NCBI GenBank assembly: GCA_019313605.1
Contig: JAFDAW010000006.1
Location: forward strand, 1 to 32,734
Direction of reading: 5' to 3'
Source: Deltaproteobacteria bacterium
GTDB taxonomy: Bacteria > Myxococcota_A > UBA9160 > SMWR01
DNA length: 32,734 nucleotides
The notes beneath the pieces are model-generated. The model saw nothing but the letters and a program-made list of their open reading frames with translations, had not been told where the DNA came from and did no database searches. Below are positions 1 through 8,067 of this stretch, piece after piece; position 1 is the first letter of the stretch; the number at the start of each line of letters is the position of its first letter. Both the position numbers and the translations under genes were made by a program.

Positions 1-19
1 GCCCACCGAGAAAGCCGGC

Positions 20-955
20 GTGAAGCCCGAGCATCACCGCGTCATCATCGTGGGCAGCGGGCCCGCCGGCTATACGGCTGCCATCTACGCGGCGCGCGCG
101 GAACTCGAACCGCTGGTCATCGCAGGTCTCCAAGTTGGCGGGCAGCTCATGTTGACCACCGATGTCGAAAACTATCCGGGCTTTCCCGAGGGTGTAACGG
201 GTCCAGAGATGATGGAGCTGTTCCAGAAGCAGGCCGAGCGTTTCGGAACGAAGATCATCATGGAGGATGCCAGCGAAATCGATTGTTCGGTGCGCCCCTT
301 TCGGGTGAAGATCGGAGAACGCTCGTTCAGCGCAGACGCTCTGATCCTCGCAATGGGCGCTTCTGCGAAGTGGATTGGAATCGAATCGGAACAGCGGTTG
401 ATGAACAAAGGTGTGTCGGCATGCGCAACCTGCGACGGAGCGCTGTTTCGCGGCAAGCCCATGGCCGTCGTGGGCGGTGGCGATACGGCTCTCGAGGAGG
501 CGCTCTTCCTGACCCGCTTCGCGACGAAGGTATTCGTCATTCATCGCAGGGATTCGCTGCGCGCATCCAAAATCATGCAAGAGCGCGCGATGGGTCACGA
601 GAAGATTGAATTCGTCTGGGATTCGGTGGTCGATCAAGTGATGGGAGATGAGTTCGTTACCGGAGTGCAAACCCGCAACGTGAAGACCGATCAAATCCAG
701 GAGTTGGCCGTAGAAGCGGTGTTTATCGCGATTGGCCACGAGCCCAATACCAAGCTCGTCCGTGACCAGATCGATTTGAACGAGGTTGGTTATATCGCGG
801 TGACTCCGGGTCGAAGTCAGACCAATGTCGAGGGCGTCTTCGCGTGTGGCGACGCGATGGACCCCGTGTACCGTCAGGCCATCACGGCTGCTGGAACCGG
901 TTGCATGGCGGCGATCGACGCTGAGCGCTGGCTCGCCGAGCAGGGCGTCGAATAG
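20..955 (+). CDS. trxB: Thioredoxin-disulfide reductase
   Basis: FAD-binding IVGSGPAGYTAA, redox-active CATC, NADPH-binding GGGDTA and HRRD, C-terminal YRQAITAAGTGCMAA; 311 aa. Confidence 0.97.
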   Translation: MKPEHHRVIIVGSGPAGYTAAIYAARAELEPLVIAGLQVGGQLMLTTDVENYPGFPEGVTGPEMMELFQKQAERFGTKIIMEDASEIDCSVRPFRVKIGERSFSADALILAMGASAKWIGIESEQRLMNKGVSACATCDGALFRGKPMAVVGGGDTALEEALFLTRFATKVFVIHRRDSLRASKIMQERAMGHEKIEFVWDSVVDQVMGDEFVTGVQTRNVKTDQIQELAVEAVFIAIGHEPNTKLVRDQIDLNEVGYIAVTPGRSQTNVEGVFACGDAMDPVYRQAITAAGTGCMAAIDAERWLAEQGVE

Positions 956-1084
956 TCGAATTCGCCTCAATCGGTGCGATGTTGCGCCGGAGTCGGTGTA
1001 TTTGGTACACCGTGCACCACGGCCAAGCGTGAACTGCGCCGTTTGGATTGCTCGTTTTCTACGGACTGCCGGGGGGTGGCTCGA

Positions 1085-1465
1085 GTGGATCCATCGCAGG
1101 CGAGTGGACTTCCGAAGATCCTCGTCGGTGTGGCGACAGCCTTTGCCGCTCTGGTTGCCCTGATTCCGCTGAAGACCCGCCTGCCTGGCCGATTTCACTC
1201 CAGAACCAGCGCGTCGCCCGAAGCCACTTCTGCTGCACCTTCCCAAGCCGACAGTGCGGGCGCCGATCGCGGAATCTCGGATGCCGAACTTCTGCAGGTT
1301 GCGCTGGCTGCATTTTCAGTTCATCGAATGCGTCGAGCGAGTACGGTCATTCCACCTCGATCGTCAGGCTGGGCGACTCCGAGACGGATGCGACAGAGTG
1401 CACCGTTTCGCAAGCAATCTTCGGGTACACGAAAAGATTATTTCCGATCGGTTCCGGGGCGATAG
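1085..1465 (+). CDS. OadG/MmdD-like small membrane protein (decarboxylase gamma/delta-subunit-like); start uncertain, GTG 1085 chosen within ORF 974-1465
   Basis: One hydrophobic helix (ILVGVATAFAALVALIPL), Ala/Ser/Pro linker, then DAELLQVALAAFSVH and SGW..RRMRQ, the layout of OadG-family proteins. Its TAG directly abuts the ATG of a biotin carrier gene. Confidence 0.55.
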   Translation: MDPSQASGLPKILVGVATAFAALVALIPLKTRLPGRFHSRTSASPEATSAAPSQADSAGADRGISDAELLQVALAAFSVHRMRRASTVIPPRSSGWATPRRMRQSAPFRKQSSGTRKDYFRSVPGR

Positions 1466-1900
1466 ATGGCGACGTACAAGGTCAAGAGCCAGGGCGTCGA
1501 GTACACCGTCACCATCGTCGATAAGGCGACTGGAGGCAGTCTCGTCACGATCGACGACCGCGAGTTCGACGTCAAATTATCCGGTGGCGACACCGACCCA
1601 GCGGTATCGTCGCGGCCCACCGCGCCTGCGTGGAGATCGATCCCGATGGCTTCCACGCCCGGCGCTTCCGCAGTGGCTCCGATAGGTGACGGCAAGATCG
1701 TCGCTCCCATCTCGGGCACGATCATCTCGGTTGACGTCAAGGTTGGCGATTCGGTTTCGGTCGATCAGGTCGTTCTGAAGCTCGAAGCGATGAAGATGGA
1801 GAACGACATTACAGCGACCGTTTCTGGAACCGTGAAGGAGATCGCTGTGAGCGAGGGGTCCGATACGTCCACCGGTCAACTGCTGATGACGATCGGTTGA
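1466..1900 (+). CDS. Biotin carboxyl carrier (biotin/lipoyl attachment) protein
   Basis: EAMKMENDI biotinylation motif, IVAPISGTI, GQLLMTI; N-terminal YKVK..EYTVTI beta domain and Pro/Ala linker. Confidence 0.92.
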   Translation: MATYKVKSQGVEYTVTIVDKATGGSLVTIDDREFDVKLSGGDTDPAVSSRPTAPAWRSIPMASTPGASAVAPIGDGKIVAPISGTIISVDVKVGDSVSVDQVVLKLEAMKMENDITATVSGTVKEIAVSEGSDTSTGQLLMTIG

Positions 1901-2057
1901 CGACGGGCGTAGAGCGCCCAGTGGCATCCTCGATTTCCCGATAATGCACGCAATGGCACCCCACATCGTCGGAGTCATCGATTCGGCCATCGCAGCGGGT
2001 GCATTGCTGGCGCTGCTCGACGGCTGATTCCGCCGAAAAGCGCTTTGGCGCTGGCTC

Positions 2058-2086
2058 TTGCCCGTAGCCGGTGACCGACTTACGCT
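2058..2086 (+). promoter_or_regulatory. Putative sigma70-type promoter of the PAS/HisKA/REC gene
   Basis: TTGCCC (2058-2063), 17-nt spacer, TACGCT (2081-2086); ends 9 nt before ATG 2096. Confidence 0.55.
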
Positions 2087-2095
2087 TTTTAGGCG

Positions 2096-3160
2096 ATGTC
2101 GCTTTCCAAGGAAAAACTCCAAGGCCTGATTTCTCGCTCCACCGACATCATCGTTGCGACCGACCGAAAAGGGCGCATCGTCTACTACAACGATGGGGCC
2201 ATCCGAAGCCTGGGGTACACCCATCAAGAGATCCTGGGCAGCTTCGTCGCGACCGTCTATCCCGATGTCGAAGAGGCCAAGCGCGTGATGCACGCGATGC
2301 GCGGCCCGGATTACGGTGGGAGCGGAATCGTAGAGACGTTCCAGACGACTTTTGTAGCCAAGGACGCTCAGCGCATCCCCGTCGCGATGTCGGCGACCAT
2401 TACCTACGACGAGTCGGGTGAACCCGACGGGACCATTGGCTATGCGAAGGATCTGCGGGAAATCCTTCGGAAGGACAAGCTCGCGACACTCGGTGAGGTG
2501 GCGGTCGGCCTCTCCCACGAGATCAACAACCCACTCGCGGTCATCCTCAACCTGCTGGATCTGCTCGAACGAGAAATCGACGAGCTCGCGGGTGACGGGG
2601 ACAGCTCCGTGGAGTTCGAACGCCTTTACGGGATGCGCCGGGAAGTCACGCGTATTTCCAGCATTCTGAATCGCCTGGAAGAAATGGTCGAGACCGAAAA
2701 TTACGAAACGACGAATTACATCGGGCCGACGCGCATGATCGATCTTCGCGGCCCGCGCTCCGAAGTGTCCGATGGGCCGGACCTCAAGGACATCCGAGTC
2801 CTCGTCGTCGATGACGATATGGGAATCTGTCGTTCGATCGAAGAGATGCTCGCCGCCGAGGGTTGCGTGGTGGACACCGCGGGTGATGGCGCCGAGGGCT
2901 TGCGGAAGATCGAATCATCGAACTTCGACGTGGTTCTGACGGATGTCGTGATGCCGGAAATGGACGGCTACGAACTCTACACTGCCGTGCGCGAGCGCTA
3001 CCCGAACCTGCCCGTGTTGATGATGACCGCGTTTCACTACGACAAGGACCACATCATCAAGCGCAGCAAGATCAAGGGCCTGAAAGATGTGCTGTTCAAG
3101 AAGCCCGTCGATCCCGATCGGCTTCGCCGTGTCATTCGCGAGACGGTTGATCACAGCTGA
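2096..3160 (+). CDS. PAS + HisKA (DHp) + receiver signalling protein lacking HATPase_c
   Basis: PAS (IIVATDRKGRIVYYN..LGY..EILG), H-box LSHEINNPLAVI, receiver (VLVVDDD, VLTDVVMPEMDG, MTAF, KKP); no N/G1/F/G2 boxes visible. Confidence 0.88.
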   Translation: MSLSKEKLQGLISRSTDIIVATDRKGRIVYYNDGAIRSLGYTHQEILGSFVATVYPDVEEAKRVMHAMRGPDYGGSGIVETFQTTFVAKDAQRIPVAMSATITYDESGEPDGTIGYAKDLREILRKDKLATLGEVAVGLSHEINNPLAVILNLLDLLEREIDELAGDGDSSVEFERLYGMRREVTRISSILNRLEEMVETENYETTNYIGPTRMIDLRGPRSEVSDGPDLKDIRVLVVDDDMGICRSIEEMLAAEGCVVDTAGDGAEGLRKIESSNFDVVLTDVVMPEMDGYELYTAVRERYPNLPVLMMTAFHYDKDHIIKRSKIKGLKDVLFKKPVDPDRLRRVIRETVDHS

Positions 3161-3171
3161 AGCGTCGAGCG

Positions 3172-4587
3172 CTATTCCGCGTATCCGAGCGCGCGCAATC
3201 TCTCTACCCGCAAGTGAGAGGGCTTCTCTGCCTCGACCATTGGGATCGCCTGTCTGAAGTAGGATCGGATCGCCGTTTTCGAACTCGCGTTGATTTCATC
3301 GACGACTTGCCAATCTTCACCAGGCGCCCAGCGGTATGCGGCCCAGCGCGGTGCCATCATCGGCAAGCGGTTCGTCTCGCCTGAATTCCACGCCGCCAGA
3401 ATGTCGCCGACCCGCACGAAGCCGCCGGGTCCGTAGGCGCTCAGATCGAAACCCTCGTCGCAGTACACCAGCCGGTCGGGCAGGGGTGAATCGCCGCGAA
3501 TGATCGGGCCCAACGCGATTCCGCTGGTGTCTGCGGGCACTTCGAATCCCACCAGATCGAGAAGCGTCGGCATCACGTCGACGTGGTGGACGGTTTCTAT
3601 CCGGCGCCCCTCCGGTAACCCCGGAGCCCGAATAATCAACGGGACATGGGCCTGATCGGGTGTCGTGGTGCTTCCATGCGAGAAGTAGAGGTTTTCCTCC
3701 CCGAGGCTTTCACCGTGATCGGCCGTGAACACGACGATGGTTCCCGAATCCGATGGGTTCGCGTCCACCTGCGAGATGAGTTCCCCGATCCAGTGGTCCG
3801 CGTACGCGATCTCTTCCGCGTAGCGGGTTTCGTAAACACTCGGACGGCGAATGCCATCGAGCTCTTGATAGGAGGGGATGCCGTTCAACCCCGTCACGGC
3901 GTCGAGAATCGGTAGCGGCTTCTCGTTGGGCTTGAATTCCGGCCGGAACCTTCCCCTGAACTCGGGAGGAGGCGTATAGGGGCCGTGCGGATCTTGATAG
4001 TGAACCCACAAGAAGAACGGTCGGTGATCCCGATTATTCAACCAAAGCAGTGCACTCTCGGTCGTTTGCTCGGCAATTCGTTCGAACGCGAACCCTCGAT
4101 TCAGCTCAGCATGGGGCAACTCGTCGTCGTACACCTCGAAGCCTCGATCGAGTCCGATGCTGCGGTTGAGCATGATGTTTCCGACGAAGGCGGCCGTCTG
4201 GTAGCCCTCTCGATTGAAGATCTCGGCGACTGTGGTGATGCCCTCCAGCCGGGTCCCGCCGTTCATGTATCCGATCGTATGTTCGCGGGTGTAGCGCGAC
4301 GTCATGATCGAGGCGTGTGAGCCCGAGGTAAAACTCGCTCCTGCAATCGCGCGCTCGAAGACCACGCCACGTGCGGCGAGGCGATCGATCGCGGGGCTGG
4401 TTTCCAGATTGAAGCCGTAGGTGCCCAGCCGGTCCGCCCGCAAGGTGTCGACCGTAATCAGCAGGACATTCGGCTGCGACCGCTCGGGTTTGCTGCAACC
4501 CGATCCCGCGTTGGCGAGAACCAACGCGGACAACAGACCCGCAAACTGGCGCCGGCGTCGATTCGAGATCGATGATCGAGTGTTCAA
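3172..4587 (-). CDS. Sulfatase-like hydrolase (alkaline phosphatase superfamily), probable exported lipoprotein
   Basis: PNVLLITVDTLRAD, HYQDPH, FTADHGE, HVPLII, DVMPTLL, LRALGY. TTG 4587 follows GGGGAG and avoids overlap with comF. N-terminus has RRRRQF, a hydrophobic stretch and GSGC. Confidence 0.88.
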   Translation of the reverse strand: MNTRSSISNRRRRQFAGLLSALVLANAGSGCSKPERSQPNVLLITVDTLRADRLGTYGFNLETSPAIDRLAARGVVFERAIAGASFTSGSHASIMTSRYTREHTIGYMNGGTRLEGITTVAEIFNREGYQTAAFVGNIMLNRSIGLDRGFEVYDDELPHAELNRGFAFERIAEQTTESALLWLNNRDHRPFFLWVHYQDPHGPYTPPPEFRGRFRPEFKPNEKPLPILDAVTGLNGIPSYQELDGIRRPSVYETRYAEEIAYADHWIGELISQVDANPSDSGTIVVFTADHGESLGEENLYFSHGSTTTPDQAHVPLIIRAPGLPEGRRIETVHHVDVMPTLLDLVGFEVPADTSGIALGPIIRGDSPLPDRLVYCDEGFDLSAYGPGGFVRVGDILAAWNSGETNRLPMMAPRWAAYRWAPGEDWQVVDEINASSKTAIRSYFRQAIPMVEAEKPSHLRVERLRALGYAE

Positions 4588-4610
4588 GGGACTCCCCACC
4601 AGGGCAAAAT

Positions 4611-5441
4611 TCAGCGATTCACAGAGGGTACATTCGAAAGCGCTCGGGCTGCACATAGTCCGATGACCGCGCGAGCTCCGGCTGCGCGCAGCGCGATCGC
4701 CGCTTCTGTCAACGTGCTGGCCGTCGTCACCACGTCGTCAACCAACCAGATCTGTTCTGGAATGTTCCGTCCACGGCGCGACCGAAATGCACCGCGAACA
4801 TTGTGGCGCCGCTCGTGTCGATCGAGGCCGGTCTGGCTGGGGGTGTCTCTCGTGCGGCAAAGCGCGACGGGGTCAAAAGGAATCTCGAATTCCCGAGCCA
4901 GGGCTCGGGCGAGTTCAGCAGCGGGGTTGAAGCCTCGCAATCGAAGTCGACGCGGGTGCAGCGGGACGGGTACGACCAGTCCCGGCTGAGGCCCGGACAC
5001 GCGGCACCCGGCCTCGTGCAGCATTGCCCGGACGACCGATGCGGGCACGGGATCGAGTCCGCGCAGCCCTTTTTTCGGGTATTTGAAGCGGTGGATCCAG
5101 TCGGCCCCACCACCCTCGAAGCGGAACGCGGCGAAGCAGGCCGTCAATGCGGAGTCCGACAGCTCGCAGCTCGCGCACAGCCCAGTGTCCGGCCGCGGCG
5201 GCATTTCCTGGCACAGCTGGCACGTGCCGGGCGCAATCCGCTCGAGCCGACGATCGCAGGCCATACAAAGCACGGCGGTCGGATCGATCTGGGCGTCGCA
5301 GCCCCCGCAGGTTGGCGGAAGCACCAACTCGAGTGCGCCCCGCGAGAGCTCTGCGAGTTTTCGGAAGGCCTCAGCGGCGGTTCCCTTTGACCACAAGGGG
5401 CTGTGCTCCGCGGGATCGAATGGGGTGGTGTGCTGTGCCAC
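4611..5441 (-). CDS. comF: ComF family protein (double zinc ribbon + phosphoribosyltransferase domain)
   Basis: Four CxxC pairs (CGGC, CMAC, CQLC, CASC), VPVPLH..RL..RGFN, Q.GL..R..NV.GAF, LVDDVVTT. Confidence 0.9.
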   Translation of the reverse strand: MAQHTTPFDPAEHSPLWSKGTAAEAFRKLAELSRGALELVLPPTCGGCDAQIDPTAVLCMACDRRLERIAPGTCQLCQEMPPRPDTGLCASCELSDSALTACFAAFRFEGGGADWIHRFKYPKKGLRGLDPVPASVVRAMLHEAGCRVSGPQPGLVVPVPLHPRRLRLRGFNPAAELARALAREFEIPFDPVALCRTRDTPSQTGLDRHERRHNVRGAFRSRRGRNIPEQIWLVDDVVTTASTLTEAAIALRAAGARAVIGLCAARALSNVPSVNR

Positions 5442-5468
5442 GAGGCCGTCGAAGTGGTGCTTCGGCGC

Positions 5469-7007
5469 TCAGGCGTCTTGAACGATCAGGCTCCGACCGG
5501 TCATCTCTTCGGATTGCGGAAGACCCATCAGATCGAGAACGGTAGGCGCGATATCCGAGAGGCTGCCATCGCGTAGGTGACGGCCGGAGGTGTCGTTGGC
5601 GATCCAGAATACGGGTACCGGATTGGTGGTGTGAGCGGTATGCGGCTCGCCGCTTTCCGGATCCACCATCATCTCACAGTTTCCGTGATCCGCCGTAACC
5701 AGCAGCGAACCTTCTTGGGCCAGCACGACCTTCGCCAATTGGTCCAATCCACTGTCGACGGCTTCGACGGCCTTGATCGCCGCTCCGAGAACACCGGTGT
5801 GGCCCACCATGTCTGGATTCGCGTAGTTGATCAGGACGAACGCGTAATCATCGTCCGCAATCCGGTGTATCGCCTCTTCGGTCACCTTCGCGGCGCTCAT
5901 CTCGGGCTTGTCATCGTAGGTGGCGACGTCGCGTGGCGAAAGGATGAGGATGCGATCTTCACCGGGAAAGGGTTCTTCGAGCCCTCCATTGAAGAAGAAT
6001 GTCACGTGGGCGTATTTCTCGGTTTCGGCCACGCGGAGCTGCGAAAGTCCCGCCCCGGAGATGATCTCGCCCAGTCCATTGCGCGGAGTATCCGACGGAA
6101 ATGCGACCGGAAGGTCGAAATTGGCATCGTACTCCGTGAGACACACGAAAGCGCTCAGCTTCGGAGCCGATTTTCGCTCGAACTGTCCAGCGTATTGCGC
6201 CGGGTCTACCCCGGTCAGCACATTGGTGATCTCTCTTACGCGATCTGCGCGGTAGTTGAAACAAATCATTGCGTCACCATCGGCCAGTCGCGCGCCCCCG
6301 TCGATCACGGTGGGCTCGATGAATTCATCGCTCTCTCCGCGCTGGTAGGCGTCTTCAACCGCCGCGATCGGGTCGCCGGTGTTCCGTCCTTCCCCGCAGA
6401 CGATCGCGTCGTAGGCTCTCTGGACTCGCTCCCAGCGGTTGTCGCGATCCATTGCGTAAAAACGACCGCCTACTGTGGCTACGTGGCCGCCGACTCGATC
6501 GAGTTGCGAGACGAGTAAACGCATGAAGTCGCTCCCCGAATGCGGGGGTGTATCGCGTCCGTCCATGAATGCGTGGACCGCGGGTTGAATACCGCGGCTC
6601 GTCAGATGATCGATCAGCAGCGCGAGTTGATGGATCTCGCTGTGCACGCCACCGTCGGAGACCAACCCCATCAGGTGGAGCGTTCCGCCACTTGCTTCGA
6701 CGGCGTCGATCGCAGCCTGGATGGGGGCGTTGTTCGCGAGTTCACCGTCGGCGATGGCCTGGGTGATTCGCGTAATATCCTGAGCGTTGGTTCGCCCGGA
6801 ACCCATCGTCATATGGCCGACTTCAGAATTTCCCATCTGCCCCGGCGGCAAGCCGACGAATTCTCCCGACGTCTCGAGTGTCGCCGAAGGGTAGGTGGCA
6901 CGGGCGTGCGCGAAGAAAGGCGTCCGGGCGAGTGCGGTCGCGTCGGCAGCACCACCGTCGCCGATCCCGAAACCGTCGAGAACGACCAATACGGTCGGAG
7001 CGCTCAT
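5469..7007 (-). CDS. gpmI: 2,3-bisphosphoglycerate-independent phosphoglycerate mutase
   Basis: LVVLDGFG, GQMGNSEVGH, SDGGVHS, DGRDTPP, AETEKYAHVTFF, NPDMVGHTG, TADHGN. ATG 7007 overlaps the rsfS stop (ATGA). Confidence 0.97.
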   Translation of the reverse strand: MSAPTVLVVLDGFGIGDGGAADATALARTPFFAHARATYPSATLETSGEFVGLPPGQMGNSEVGHMTMGSGRTNAQDITRITQAIADGELANNAPIQAAIDAVEASGGTLHLMGLVSDGGVHSEIHQLALLIDHLTSRGIQPAVHAFMDGRDTPPHSGSDFMRLLVSQLDRVGGHVATVGGRFYAMDRDNRWERVQRAYDAIVCGEGRNTGDPIAAVEDAYQRGESDEFIEPTVIDGGARLADGDAMICFNYRADRVREITNVLTGVDPAQYAGQFERKSAPKLSAFVCLTEYDANFDLPVAFPSDTPRNGLGEIISGAGLSQLRVAETEKYAHVTFFFNGGLEEPFPGEDRILILSPRDVATYDDKPEMSAAKVTEEAIHRIADDDYAFVLINYANPDMVGHTGVLGAAIKAVEAVDSGLDQLAKVVLAQEGSLLVTADHGNCEMMVDPESGEPHTAHTTNPVPVFWIANDTSGRHLRDGSLSDIAPTVLDLMGLPQSEEMTGRSLIVQDA

Positions 7008-7378
7008 GTTCCGACACTCTGGGACGCAGCTTCCAGTTCGAGGGCGGGCGCGTCGCTCCAGAGGCGCTCGAGGTCGTAATGATCGCGAATTTCCTGTTGA
7101 AAGATGTGGACGATCGCGTCCGTGCAGTCGATCAGCACCCAACGGCCCTCGTCATAACCCTCGATCCCCATCGGGGGGTCGCCGCGAGCCTTGAGAGCGG
7201 CTTCGATGGCGTCTGCCACCGAGCGCACATGCCGATCCGAAGTTCCCGTCGCGATGATGAACGTGTCGGCAAAGGAACTCAAATTCCTTACGTCGAGGCC
7301 AACCAGGTCATCGGCCTTCCGCTCCCGGGCCGCTTCGGCAATCAACACCGCCTTGGCAATTCGATCCAGATCACTCAT
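7004..7378 (-). CDS. rsfS: Ribosome silencing factor (Iojap family)
   Basis: KA.D...LDV, FIIATGTSDRHV, EG....WVLID, HIF...R..YDLERLW; follows nadD. Confidence 0.95.
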   Translation of the reverse strand: MSDLDRIAKAVLIAEAARERKADDLVGLDVRNLSSFADTFIIATGTSDRHVRSVADAIEAALKARGDPPMGIEGYDEGRWVLIDCTDAIVHIFQQEIRDHYDLERLWSDAPALELEAASQSVGT

Positions 7379-8067
7379 GCGCGGCGCACTCCTTCGATAT
7401 CGCGATAGGCGCCGCTCTTCTCGATGGCCTCTTCGACGGCCGCTGGCAGCAGGTAACGCACCGACTGGTCATCGCGGAGTCGAATTCGGATGTCCGATGA
7501 AGAAATGTCGATTGCGGGAATTTCGATCAGCCGAATCCATGTATCCGCCTCGCGGTGCTGCGCGAAGTCGCCGCTTCGCTCCGGCTCGACGACGTCCCGA
7601 ATGCAGCGGGGCAGCCAGTCCGCAAGCGATGCCACCGCAACCGGTGGCCGGGTGATGACCGCGAAATGTGCAAGCTCGAACAACGCCTCCGGTTCTCGCC
7701 AGGAGTCGATTTCGACGAAGGCGTCCTGCCCGATGACGAATACCGGCTTTTCAGGCGCGATCCGCTCTCCGATCGTTCGAAGCGTATCCACCGAATACGA
7801 TGCACCACCGCGTTCGATTTCCAGCGCATCGACTTCGAAGCGGGGATTGTCGCGAATCGCCAACCGAACCCACTTCAGGCGCAATTCTGCGGAAGCGATC
7901 CGGTCGCCTGGGATGTCGACTTTGTGGGGCGGGTCTGCGGAAGGCACGAAGATCATACGTTCGAGTTCGAGTGCGCCCACGACTTCTTCGGCGGCGCGAA
8001 GATGAGCGAGGTGGATCGGGTTGAAGGTTCCACCGAAAATTCCGATACGAGCTTGGGTCGCGGTCAT
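7375..8067 (-). CDS. nadD: Nicotinate-nucleotide adenylyltransferase
   Basis: GIFGGTFNPIHLAH, PPHK, SYSVDTL, IGQD, ISSSDIR. Confidence 0.95.
   Translation of the reverse strand: MTATQARIGIFGGTFNPIHLAHLRAAEEVVGALELERMIFVPSADPPHKVDIPGDRIASAELRLKWVRLAIRDNPRFEVDALEIERGGASYSVDTLRTIGERIAPEKPVFVIGQDAFVEIDSWREPEALFELAHFAVITRPPVAVASLADWLPRCIRDVVEPERSGDFAQHREADTWIRLIEIPAIDISSSDIRIRLRDDQSVRYLLPAAVEEAIEKSGAYRDIEGVRRA

Noticed and set aside
1905-1919. gggcg-tagag-cgccc hairpin after the biotin carrier gene as a terminator
   Set aside because: Only a 5-bp stem with no U-tract
7008-7142. N-terminal extensions in the ORF track for gpmI (also proA, hisA, prfA and the sulfatase-like gene)
   Set aside because: Most overlap upstream genes, and better starts with an RBS or stop/start coupling exist downstream
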